From positions 108,705 to 172,704 of the forward strand of contig DATBYD010000097.1 in the NCBI GenBank assembly GCA_036513855.1: a stretch of 64,000 nucleotides of DNA, in the 5' to 3' direction. A model generated the notes under the pieces. That model ran no database searches, was not told the origin of the DNA, and saw only the letters and a list, made by a program, of their open reading frames with translations. How positions within the stretch are numbered: position 1 is the first letter of the stretch; every line of letters starts with the position of its first letter. The stretch is from Steroidobacteraceae bacterium. GTDB taxonomy: Bacteria > Pseudomonadota > Gammaproteobacteria > Steroidobacterales > Steroidobacteraceae. A program made the position numbers and the translations under genes. Of the stretch, positions 51,096 through 59,932 are shown piece by piece.

Positions 51096-52865
51096 ATGGA
51101 CTTCGGCGAAAAGGTAAACATTCTGCTGGTTGACGATCAGCCGGCGCGGCTATTGACCTATCAGTCGGTGCTGAGCGAGCTGGGTCACAATCTGGTATTG
51201 GCTCACTCGGGACTCGAGGCGCTGGACAAGCTCATGCGCGAGGAGTTCGCCGTGGTGCTGCTCGATGTCAGCATGCCGGACATGGACGGGTTCGAGGCGG
51301 CGCGGCTGATCCATGAGCATCCGCGATTCGAGAAAACGCCGATCATCTTCGTCACGGGCGTACACGTGACGGAGCTGGACCGCCTGAAGGGCTACAAGGT
51401 CGGCGCGGTCGACTACGTGTCTATCCCGGTGGTGCCGGAGATCCTGCGCAGCAAGGTCGCAGTGCTGGTCGAGCTGTACTGCAAGCGTCGCGAGTTGCGC
51501 GAGCTGAACCGCAATCTGACGGTGGCTAACGAGCGGCTGGGCGCCGCCAACCAGATGCTGCAGGCGGAGAAGACTCGGGAACTCGAGAGATTGAATGCGA
51601 TCCTGCAGCGAGCCAACGCGGAACTGGGGCGCGCCAACAGCAGCCTGCAGGGGGAGGTCGCTGAACGCGCCAAGGCTCAGCAGGCGCTGAAGGACGCCGA
51701 TCGAAAAAAGGACGAGTTTCTGGCGATGCTGGCGCATGAGCTGCGCAATCCGCTGGCGCCCATCGTCAACGCGCTGTATCTGATGCGCACTAACCCCTCG
51801 GCACGGCAACTGGGCTGGTCGCAGGAGGTGATCGAGCGGCAGTTGGCACACTTGAGCCGGCTGGTTGACGATCTGCTTGATGTGTCGCGCATCACGCGCG
51901 GCAAGATTGCCTTGTCCCCGGAACCCGTAGAGGTCGCGACGCTGGTCGAACGTGCGGTCGAGACCATACATCCCCTGCTTCAGGAGCGCGAACACATCTT
52001 CACGGTCGACACTCCCGGCAGGCCGTTGCGGGTCAACGGGGACCCGCTGCGCCTTACGCAGGCACTCGGCAACGTGCTCGGCAACGCGGCCAAGTACACC
52101 GAGAGGGGAGGCCACATCTGGCTCGACGTGGCCGAGAACGGTGCGGAGGTCGAAATTCGTGTACGCGACGACGGCATAGGTATTCCTGCGGAGCGCTTGC
52201 CGCTGATATTCGACCTGTTCACTCAGCTCGATCGTCAGGCGGACCACCCGCAGAGCGGACTGGGTATCGGCCTGGCTCTCGTGCGCCGATTGCTCGAGAT
52301 GCACGGCGGCTCGGTGACCGCCTCCAGTGAGGGCGCTGGCCGCGGCAGCCAGTTCGTGATCCGGCTGCCTCTGTACACCGGCGAAACACTGACCGAGAAC
52401 GCCAAGGAACCTGCGGCACGACGGTCACAGGCAGCGGCGGTGTGTCGCCGCATTTTGGTAGCCGACGACAATTCCGACGCGCTGGAGAGCCTGTCGGAGG
52501 TTCTGCGGCTGCAGGGCCACGAAGTGTTCAGCGCCGCAAACGGCAGTCTGGCAGTTGAGGTTGCCGAGCGGAATCTGCCTGACGTTGCGCTCATCGATAT
52601 CGGCATGCCGCTGCTCGATGGCTACGAGGTCGCGCGACGGATCCGCGCCCAGAGATGGGGCAAACGAGTGACTCTGCTGGCCCTGACCGGCTGGGGCCAG
52701 GAAGCGGATCGGCGTCGTTCGAGTGAGGCGGGATTCGACCTGCATCTGGTCAAGCCACTCGACGTCGCCAAGCTCAGCGAGCTTTTGGCCAATCTTCCTG
52801 CGGGCGCTGCAAACGGCGGCGGCGGCTTGGGCAGCGGAATGGATCTAACGCGTCCGCGGCAGTGA
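51096..52865 (+). CDS. Hybrid histidine kinase (REC - coiled coil - HisKA - HATPase - REC)
   Basis: N-terminal REC (ILLVDDQP...VLLDVSMPDMDG), HisKA (FLAMLAHELRNPLAPI), HATPase and a C-terminal REC (ILVADDN...ALIDIGMPLLDG). The start is at MDFGEK; the track start 50976 overlaps the upstream gene. Confidence 0.85.
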   Translation: MDFGEKVNILLVDDQPARLLTYQSVLSELGHNLVLAHSGLEALDKLMREEFAVVLLDVSMPDMDGFEAARLIHEHPRFEKTPIIFVTGVHVTELDRLKGYKVGAVDYVSIPVVPEILRSKVAVLVELYCKRRELRELNRNLTVANERLGAANQMLQAEKTRELERLNAILQRANAELGRANSSLQGEVAERAKAQQALKDADRKKDEFLAMLAHELRNPLAPIVNALYLMRTNPSARQLGWSQEVIERQLAHLSRLVDDLLDVSRITRGKIALSPEPVEVATLVERAVETIHPLLQEREHIFTVDTPGRPLRVNGDPLRLTQALGNVLGNAAKYTERGGHIWLDVAENGAEVEIRVRDDGIGIPAERLPLIFDLFTQLDRQADHPQSGLGIGLALVRRLLEMHGGSVTASSEGAGRGSQFVIRLPLYTGETLTENAKEPAARRSQAAAVCRRILVADDNSDALESLSEVLRLQGHEVFSAANGSLAVEVAERNLPDVALIDIGMPLLDGYEVARRIRAQRWGKRVTLLALTGWGQEADRRRSSEAGFDLHLVKPLDVAKLSELLANLPAGAANGGGGLGSGMDLTRPRQ

Positions 52866-52921
52866 GGTGCGCGGCGTGCCGCCCTGCATGGCGCGCCTAG
52901 CGAGCGGCTATGAGGCGCCCC

Positions 52922-54847
52922 TCAGGTCGCAGCAGTCAGATTCGCGACCGCAGCAATGAGCATCTCTGCGCTGATCGGTTTGCTTAGGTGGATCTGAAAG
53001 CCGGCTTCGAGTGCGTCTGAGCGATCTTCGGTTCGCACAAACGCCGTCAGTGCGACCGCGGGCAGTCGATCTGCCGGGTAACCGCCGTTACGCAGCGCAC
53101 GAATGAGCTGGTACCCATCTGTGCGCGCCATCCCGATATCGCTGATCAGCACGTTCGGGGTGTCTCGCGCAATCTCGCTGAGCGCTTCTTCCGCAGTGGC
53201 CGCTTCGCGCACCTCTGCCCCGACGTCGGTGAGCAGGCGCAGGATCAGCGAACGGGTGTCGTCCATGTCTTCAACCACCAGAACCCTGACCCCCGCAAGT
53301 GCAGTGCGGTCGGCGACTGAGGGTGTATCCGCATCCCGCTCTGCCATAGGCAGGCGGACCGTGAAACTGGAGCCATGTCCGAGCCCCTGACTTGCCACGC
53401 TAATGGTGCCTCCATGCATCGTCACCAGATGACGCACGATGGTAAGTCCGATGCCCAGGCCGGAGAAATTCTTGGCACTGCCGGAATCTTGCTGACTGAA
53501 TCGATCAAACAGGCGCGGCAGGAAATCCGGGCTGATGCCGCTGCCGGTATCAGCGATGGTCACCTCGAAGTGGTTTCCATCTAGCCGGGCCGCGATATCG
53601 ATCCGGCCGCCTTTTGCAGTGAATTTGATCGCGTTGGTGAGCAGGTTCCAGAACACCTGCTGCAGCCTCGCTTCATCGCCGATCAGCGAGGGGCGCTGCT
53701 CGAGCTGCCGCACGTGAATCGCGACACCTTTCGTCTGGGCGTCCATCAACACCACTTCGATGGCGGCGCGCAGCGCCTGGCTTGGGTCGATGAGCCGCTT
53801 TTCCAGGCGCATCTTGCCGAACCGTATGCCGGCAAAGTCCAGCAAGTCCGAGATCAGGTGCGCCTGCACCCGGGAGTTGCGTTCGATCGCCTCCACTCCG
53901 CGCAGGATCGCCGGCGAGAGATTCGGGGTCCTACGCAGTACCTCCGCCCATCCCAAAATGGCATTGAGCGGGTTGCGTAATTCGTGGGACAAGGTCGCGA
54001 GAAACTCGTCTTTGAGGTGGTTGCTGCGTTCGGCCTCGGCACGCGCAGCCTGTTCACCCGCCAGCGCGTGCTCGCGCTCGATTTCGAGCTGGCGGCGCGC
54101 CGTGATGTCCGAGATGATCGCGATGCAGGCCCCGGTGCCCGGATCCCGGGTCACCTGCCATTCGGTCTCCGCCAGGGCTCCGCAGGCCTGCGGCACACGC
54201 ATGACACCCTGCCAATTGCGATCCTTGGTGAGTGCGGTCTTCAGTTCGCCCAGCTGCGTTTCGTGGCCGACCGCCACGATGTCCTGCAGAGCTCTGCCGA
54301 CAATCGCTTCTCGCTTGCAGCCCAGCAGCTGACAGAAGGCCGGGTTCGCATCGGCGAATACGAATTCAGAGTCGAGCATCGCTATGCCGTTGGGCGCAAG
54401 TTCAAACAGCGCACGAAACCTGGCGTCGGCATTTCTCTTGTCGGCGTGTGCATCCTTGACGAACAACAGCGCTCGCACGGTGGCGACGAGCACCACCGGG
54501 TCGGCGGGATGCGTGAGGTAGCCGTCGGCTCCGGCGCGCATCCCGCGAGCGATGTCTTCATCGTTGGTGAAGGTGGCAGACAGGTAGACGATCGGCAGAT
54601 CAGCGGTGTCTTTCTGTGCGCGCAGCTCGCGGAATACCTGGAATCCGTCGATGTCGGGGAGGTTCACATCGAGGACGATCAGGTCGATGTCGCTGGAGGC
54701 GAGTGCCAGCGCTTCCCGGCCGGTTGCGGCTTCTTCGGTCTGGAAACCTGCCGCGCGCAGCACTCGCACTGTCGCGTAGCGGGACGCGTCGTTGTCATCG
54801 ACGACCAGCAGACGCTGCACGGCCGCTTCTTTGGGCGGCATGCTCAT
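52922..54847 (-). CDS. Hybrid histidine kinase (REC - PAS - HisKA - HATPase - REC), last gene of the stressosome operon
   Basis: REC (LLVVDDND...IVLDVNLPDIDG), a PAS segment, HisKA (FLATLSHELRNPLNAI), HATPase (GLGIGLTIV) and a C-terminal REC (VLVVEDMDD...LISDIGMARTDG). There is a 4-nt overlap with the upstream gene. Confidence 0.85.
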   Translation of the reverse strand: MSMPPKEAAVQRLLVVDDNDASRYATVRVLRAAGFQTEEAATGREALALASSDIDLIVLDVNLPDIDGFQVFRELRAQKDTADLPIVYLSATFTNDEDIARGMRAGADGYLTHPADPVVLVATVRALLFVKDAHADKRNADARFRALFELAPNGIAMLDSEFVFADANPAFCQLLGCKREAIVGRALQDIVAVGHETQLGELKTALTKDRNWQGVMRVPQACGALAETEWQVTRDPGTGACIAIISDITARRQLEIEREHALAGEQAARAEAERSNHLKDEFLATLSHELRNPLNAILGWAEVLRRTPNLSPAILRGVEAIERNSRVQAHLISDLLDFAGIRFGKMRLEKRLIDPSQALRAAIEVVLMDAQTKGVAIHVRQLEQRPSLIGDEARLQQVFWNLLTNAIKFTAKGGRIDIAARLDGNHFEVTIADTGSGISPDFLPRLFDRFSQQDSGSAKNFSGLGIGLTIVRHLVTMHGGTISVASQGLGHGSSFTVRLPMAERDADTPSVADRTALAGVRVLVVEDMDDTRSLILRLLTDVGAEVREAATAEEALSEIARDTPNVLISDIGMARTDGYQLIRALRNGGYPADRLPAVALTAFVRTEDRSDALEAGFQIHLSKPISAEMLIAAVANLTAAT

Positions 54848-55725
54848 AGCTTGCCGACCCGCGCTGTTTCGCAGCTGTAGGTCACCGGAATGAGCACCCA
54901 GAACCGGGAGCCCACCCCAGGCTCGCTCTGGGCGCCGACGCGGCCGCCGAGCAGTTCTGCGAGCTTTCTCGATAGCGATAATCCGAGCCCGCTGCCGCGC
55001 AGGCGTCTCTGCAAGCGCGTGTCGACCTGGACAAAGTCGGCAAACAGCGCGGGCAGGTGCTCCGGCGCTATTCCGACGCCGGTATCGGTGACCGCAAATT
55101 CGATCTCTTCGGTGCCAACAGCGCAGGCGCTCACGCGCACTTCGCCCTCCTTGGTGAATTTGAGTGCGTTGGAGATGAAATTTCTGAGTATTTGCGAGAG
55201 TCGTCGGTCATCAGAATACATCTTCGGAACCCCTTGTGGCTCCTCGAATATGAGCGACACGGCCGAGCTTGCCACGATTGGCTTGAACATGCCGCGCAAT
55301 GCTGCGAACAGATCAACCATCTCGAACCATTCGGGCGAGATCACGACGCGTCCGGCGTCCACCTTGGCGAGGTCCAACAGATCGTCCACCATCTCGGTAA
55401 GTTCGCGAATTGACTCGCGGATGAACTCCACCTGCCGGGTCTGTTCTGCGGTCAGTGGGCCGTCCAGTCCCTGCAGCAGAATGCCGCTAAGACTCGTAAC
55501 CGAGGAAAGCGGGGTGCGAAATTCATGGCTCATGTAGGACAGGAAGCGGCTTTTCAGTTCCAGCGCCTCTCTGAGCTGTGCGGCCTTGTCATCGAGTTCG
55601 GCGTACAGCGCGACGACTCCACGGTTGGTTTCCTCAAGTTCGGTGCGCAGGGCCGCGATCTGCGCTTCCTGCTCTCGCAGGTGCAGCGTGGAGTCACGAA
55701 AGTTGGAAGAGTCAGCTTCGCTCAT
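54844..55725 (-). CDS. Soluble histidine kinase (coiled coil - HisKA - HATPase, no sensor domain)
   Basis: 293 aa with HisKA (FLSYMSHEFRTPLSSV) and HATPase N/G boxes (ISNALKFT, DTGVGIA, GSGLGLSL). It overlaps both neighbours by 4 nt. Confidence 0.85.
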   Translation of the reverse strand: MSEADSSNFRDSTLHLREQEAQIAALRTELEETNRGVVALYAELDDKAAQLREALELKSRFLSYMSHEFRTPLSSVTSLSGILLQGLDGPLTAEQTRQVEFIRESIRELTEMVDDLLDLAKVDAGRVVISPEWFEMVDLFAALRGMFKPIVASSAVSLIFEEPQGVPKMYSDDRRLSQILRNFISNALKFTKEGEVRVSACAVGTEEIEFAVTDTGVGIAPEHLPALFADFVQVDTRLQRRLRGSGLGLSLSRKLAELLGGRVGAQSEPGVGSRFWVLIPVTYSCETARVGKL

Positions 55726-56723
55726 CGGCTAAGCACCACTACCGTGCTGTCATCGCGGCCTCTGCAGTGGTCGCGATACAAGACCGCGGCGATGATGGCC
55801 GGGTGATGGCGTTGCAGTCCGGGGTGGTCGCCAATCTCCCAACGAGCCGACAGGCCGTCGGAGTGCATGATCAGCAGTGAGGCCTCCAGCACCGGGTACT
55901 CGAATTGCTGGACCCGTGGAGCCTGAAAGCCGAGCGTGCCGCTGTGGGATACCAGACCGCGCGAGCTTTCTGCGCCGGCGAGGCGGCCAGCAATGTTGCC
56001 GATACCCGCGTAGAGGACTGCCGCGCTGCCATTCAGATGAGCGCACGCGCCGGCGGCGCCGCGCGTGCCGGACAAGGCCTGGTGCATGCGTTCAATCAGG
56101 GCGCGCGGCTCGTCGAACGGATTCTTCTGAAAGGCCTCGGCGGCGAGCCGCGCAGCTTCCGCCGCCAGCGTGCCGTGTCCAAGGCCGTCGACGACCATCA
56201 GCGCGCTGTGTGCGTTTCTTTGCGCTAATCTCCAGACGTCTCCGCACTCCGATTCACCCTCCTTGGCCGTACAGATGGCGCCGATGTGACTCAGCCGGCC
56301 TGCCCCGACACGTGCCATGACGACGGTTCCCCGGCCGACCATGGAGTAAACATCGAACTCTGCGGCGAGGCGCTTGACCGCGCCAAGGCCGGTCCCGGAC
56401 GTGCCGGCGGAGGAATATCCGTCACGAAGACAGGTCTCGACACTTGGCATGCCAGGTCCGCGGTCGATTGCGATCACCTCAATGACAGCGCCGGGCTCGA
56501 TCGGAACGGGTTGTAGCAGCAGCTCGCCGCCGCCACCGTGGCGCAACAGGTTGGTAGCCAGTTCGCTCGCGACCACGCCGACGCGACCAATCACGGTTTC
56601 ATCCAGGCCAGTGTCGCTGGCCAGTCGCTGCGCGTCTCGCCTCGCCTCGCCAATCCCGCTCTGATCGCGGATCAGTAGGCGACGTTGGGGCTCTGTTCCT
56701 AACAACTGCACAGTTACTTCCAA
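55722..56723 (-). CDS. Fusion of an RsbW/RsbT-like ATPase (Ser kinase fold) to a PP2C/SpoIIE phosphatase (RsbX/RsbU-position)
   Basis: The N-terminal half has ASELATNLLRHG, IDRGPGMP and GTGLGAVKR. The C-terminal half has the MVVDGLGHG PP2C motif and IMHSDGL. Confidence 0.8.
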   Translation of the reverse strand: MEVTVQLLGTEPQRRLLIRDQSGIGEARRDAQRLASDTGLDETVIGRVGVVASELATNLLRHGGGGELLLQPVPIEPGAVIEVIAIDRGPGMPSVETCLRDGYSSAGTSGTGLGAVKRLAAEFDVYSMVGRGTVVMARVGAGRLSHIGAICTAKEGESECGDVWRLAQRNAHSALMVVDGLGHGTLAAEAARLAAEAFQKNPFDEPRALIERMHQALSGTRGAAGACAHLNGSAAVLYAGIGNIAGRLAGAESSRGLVSHSGTLGFQAPRVQQFEYPVLEASLLIMHSDGLSARWEIGDHPGLQRHHPAIIAAVLYRDHCRGRDDSTVVVLSR

Positions 56724-57109
56724 CGCACGATAGTCACGCGCGTACCCTCACCAACGCGTGATTCGATCGAGAAGTCATTAACCAAGCGGCGCGCCCCGGG
56801 GAGGCCCATGCCGAGCCCGCTGCCAGAGGTCCAGCCGTCCTTGAGCGCAAGCTCCAGATCAGCGATTCCTGGTCCGTGATCGATGAAGCTAAGACGCAGT
56901 CCCTGACGCCCGCCGTTCTCCAGCTGCTCCATGGTCATGACACCGCCCATTCCGTAAGTGAGCGTATTGCGGGCCAGCTCGCTGGCGGCGGTGACGATCT
57001 TGGTCTGATCGACCAGCGATAGACCGATCTGCTGCGCAGCGCGTCGCACCAGCTGCCGCGCCAGCACGATGTCGTTGGGGGACTTCAAAGGTGCCTCAGA
57101 CGCGTTCAT
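56714..57109 (-). CDS. rsbT: Stressosome switch kinase RsbT
   Basis: 131 aa; ASELARNTLTYG, IDHGPGI and GLGMGLPGARRL match the RsbT-type anti-sigma regulatory kinase fold. It follows rsbS. Confidence 0.85.
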   Translation of the reverse strand: MNASEAPLKSPNDIVLARQLVRRAAQQIGLSLVDQTKIVTAASELARNTLTYGMGGVMTMEQLENGGRQGLRLSFIDHGPGIADLELALKDGWTSGSGLGMGLPGARRLVNDFSIESRVGEGTRVTIVRWK

Positions 57110-57114
57110 CGCTG

Positions 57115-57474
57115 CTAGGAGTTTCCGGCGCGCAGCAACGCCATGCCTTTCTCGACGCTCAGGGCGGTCTCGACCCCGGGGAGCGAGAGGCCGAGTTCCA
57201 CCAGCGTGATTGCCACGGCCGGGCGCATACCGACCAGAACGGTGCGCGCGCCGAGGATTCGCCCCATTCCAGAGATATCGGCAAGCATCCTGCCGATGAA
57301 CGAATCCACGACTTCGACAGCCGAGATGTCGATCAGTACGCCGCGCGCGCTGAAGCGCTGCACGGCGTTCGTAAGATCATCCTGGAGCTGCAGGGCCATC
57401 TGATCATGCAGATCAACCTGGATGGAGACGAGCAGACACTCGCCCATGCGCAGGATTGGTATCCGTTCTGTCAT
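57115..57474 (-). CDS. rsbS: Stressosome scaffold STAS protein RsbS
   Basis: 119-aa single STAS domain with the conserved phosphorylatable Ser context (DISAVEVVDSFIG). The longer track ORF start is an upstream extension into rsbR. Confidence 0.85.
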   Translation of the reverse strand: MTERIPILRMGECLLVSIQVDLHDQMALQLQDDLTNAVQRFSARGVLIDISAVEVVDSFIGRMLADISGMGRILGARTVLVGMRPAVAITLVELGLSLPGVETALSVEKGMALLRAGNS

Positions 57475-57476
57475 GA

Positions 57477-58331
57477 TCAGCGTGTAAACGAATAACCGAG
57501 GCGCTTGAGCGCCAGAGCCAGGGCGTCCGCCAGGTTCGCCTTGGTGGTGACGCCTTGCAGGTCGACGCCAAGGTGCACGATGGTCTGGGCGATCTGCGGC
57601 CGCACCCCGCTGATAATGCACTCCGCACCCATGAGCCGCAGTGCGGTCACGGTCTTCAGCAGGTGCTGGGCGACTAGCGTGTCGACTGTCGGTACGCCGG
57701 TAATGTCGAGAATCGCAACTTCCGAGCCAGTCTCTACAATCCTGCTGAGCAGCGATTCCATCACCACCTGAGTTCGCGCCGAATCGAGCGTGCCGATCAT
57801 CGGCAAGGCCAGGATCCCGTCCCACAGTTTGACGACCGGGGTAGACAGTTCGAGCATTTCCTCCTGTTGGCGCCTGATGATGGCATCGCGGCCGGACTGG
57901 TATGCCGCCACGGTATGCAGGCCGAGCGCATCAAGAAGTTGAGTCCCCGTCCAGATGTCGTCGGCGAGCCCTGCGGAATCTGCGCCGCGCTCGACTCGCA
58001 GTTGCTCGAACAGCGATTGCTTGAAGGAGAAGATGAACGAGGCCGTTTCGCTCGATGAGAAGCCGTGCTGCGCGCGCGATCTCGAAAGCCGTTCGAGGAA
58101 CTCCCGCAGCGGTTTGTAGCCAGCCGACTCGATATCGGCGCTGCCGCTCTTGGTGGCCTCGCTGAGGAGCTGCAGAAACTCTTCTGTCTGCTTTCCCAGT
58201 TCCTCCGCTCCCAGCGAGCCGTGCTGCGCCCTGGCCGCGTTGTTGGTCAGCGATCGCAGCCACTGCTGCTGCAGCTTCTGTCGCTTGGCTGGCGTGTTTA
58301 CGAGGGTTGAAATCGAGCTGATGCCCGCCAT
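57477..58331 (-). CDS. rsbR: Stressosome sensor RsbR (N-terminal helical sensor domain plus C-terminal STAS)
   Basis: 284 aa. The C-terminal STAS has the conserved Thr context (ILDITGVPTVDTLVAQHL), and the N-terminal helical domain of about 140 aa is of the RsbR type. Confidence 0.85.
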   Translation of the reverse strand: MAGISSISTLVNTPAKRQKLQQQWLRSLTNNAARAQHGSLGAEELGKQTEEFLQLLSEATKSGSADIESAGYKPLREFLERLSRSRAQHGFSSSETASFIFSFKQSLFEQLRVERGADSAGLADDIWTGTQLLDALGLHTVAAYQSGRDAIIRRQQEEMLELSTPVVKLWDGILALPMIGTLDSARTQVVMESLLSRIVETGSEVAILDITGVPTVDTLVAQHLLKTVTALRLMGAECIISGVRPQIAQTIVHLGVDLQGVTTKANLADALALALKRLGYSFTR

Positions 58332-58750
58332 GAGTTATTCCTTTTTAATGAAGGAAGCCTTGCGCGGGAGCGGCGCACAGGCCTGCTGAGTGCGTAAGCA
58401 ACAGATTCTATTCGAAGTGCTGCCCTCGCGAGGTTGCTTGCAGCAATTTCCGCTTGAGCTTGGCCGACCGCTTTTGGTGCCCCATCTCGGATCTGGCTTT
58501 GCAGTGCCAGTAGCGCGGCAGCGCCTGTTGAGCCTGCAACGCGCCCCGTTGGCGGGCGACAGTGCGGTAATCGCCCGTCGCGCCAAGGCGGCGCTACACA
58601 CGCCGCCGCTCAAGCCTGCGATAATGCCTCCGGTAGCTTTGGGCGGCGGCACACATGGTGGCGGCCTGAAGTGAGGTGCACGGCCAGGTACTGCCGGTGG
58701 CGACGCTGAAGATGTCGGACCTGCCGCCCTGCCAGTCCAAGTATCTTTGT

Positions 58751-58789
58751 CCGCTCTCGCTTGCGCTCACGAATGCGAGCGGTGGTTTT
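58751..58789 (+). terminator. Terminator-like hairpin plus T-tract inside the leader of the metE-like gene (possible attenuator)
   Basis: CCGCTC(TC)GC - 14-nt loop - GCGAGCGG followed by TGGTTTTC. It lies 79 nt upstream of the ATG at 58868. There is a 2-nt bulge and only a modest T-run, so the call is weak. Confidence 0.3.
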
Positions 58790-58867
58790 CGGGTTACTTA
58801 ATTCTGGTCGCTGAGGCGATATGAGCGCCGTCGTGCGCTTGGCGTTCGCCAGGAGGGGGACAACAGC

Positions 58868-59932
58868 ATGCCGCTGCCGACCGAGCCGATTGGGAGCATT
58901 CCGCGCCCCCTCGAGTTGCTGCAGGCGATCGAGGCGCGTGGCGATGGGATGCACCCTGCGTTGGATCCCCTGTACGAGGAGGCAACGCGCGACACGATCG
59001 CGCGCATGGAGGCTACCGGTTCGCCGGTCATTACTGACGGCGAGCAAAGGAAATATCACAACTTCTGGACTTACAGCGTCCACGGGCTCAAGAACACCAG
59101 TCCGAACGGCTTCAAGATCCCGTTTTCAGCCGGTCATACACGACGCATGCTGCTGCTGACCGCCGAACCTTTTCGCTACAAGAGGTATGCGGACCAGTAC
59201 CTCGATGTGGCACTTCGCTACGCCCACGTGCCGATCAAGCAGGCGGTCATCTCGCCCTCGGCCTTGAGCCTTATGTATCCGGCAGAGGGAATTCACGACT
59301 ATTCGCGCGAGCAGTTCATTGACGATCTGCTGCGCGAACATGAAACCGAAGTGCGCCGCTGCCTGCAGAAGGGTGCCTGCAAGGTGCAGATCGACTTCAC
59401 CGAGGGGAGGCTCGCGATGAAGATCGATCCGTCCGGCAACCTTCTCAGCAGCTTCATCGACCTGAACAATCTCGCCCTGTCACGCTTCTCGGCTGCCGAC
59501 CGCCGACACATCGGTGTGCACACCTGCCCCGGCGGCGACCGCGACTCCACGCACAGCGCAGATGTCGACTACGCCGAGCTGCTGCCGAGTCTGTTCGAGC
59601 TGAACGTCGGAAGCCTCTACATCGCACTGGCCGGGGAGGCCGACCGGCGCGGCGTACTCGAAACCATCCGCCGCCATCTGCGGCCCGACCAGACGGTGTT
59701 CGTCGGGGTTGTCGCGCCGATCGATCCGCACATCGAGACTCCCGAGGAGGTTCGCGACCGTGTACTCGAGGCGGCCGAGTACATCCCGATAGGGCAGCTC
59801 GGTACCACGGATGACTGTGGGTTTTCTCCGTTCTGTGACGACAGGTCGACGACACGCGACACCGCCTTCGCGAAGATCACAGCACGCGTTCTCGGCACGA
59901 CTCTCGCCGCCGAAGTTCTCGGCGTGCACTGA
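58868..59932 (+). CDS. Cobalamin-independent methionine synthase-like protein (MetE C-terminal-domain family, COG0620 type)
   Basis: MPLPTEPIGSIPRP N-terminus and Zn-ligand contexts (GVHTCPGG, TTDDCGFSPF). Confidence 0.8.
   Translation: MPLPTEPIGSIPRPLELLQAIEARGDGMHPALDPLYEEATRDTIARMEATGSPVITDGEQRKYHNFWTYSVHGLKNTSPNGFKIPFSAGHTRRMLLLTAEPFRYKRYADQYLDVALRYAHVPIKQAVISPSALSLMYPAEGIHDYSREQFIDDLLREHETEVRRCLQKGACKVQIDFTEGRLAMKIDPSGNLLSSFIDLNNLALSRFSAADRRHIGVHTCPGGDRDSTHSADVDYAELLPSLFELNVGSLYIALAGEADRRGVLETIRRHLRPDQTVFVGVVAPIDPHIETPEEVRDRVLEAAEYIPIGQLGTTDDCGFSPFCDDRSTTRDTAFAKITARVLGTTLAAEVLGVH

Noticed and set aside
58494-58510. On the minus strand, CTGGCACTGCAAAGCCA lies upstream of rsbR and was considered as a sigma-54 promoter.
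   Set aside because: The GG-to-GC spacing is one nucleotide short of the invariant N10, and there is no TTGC.
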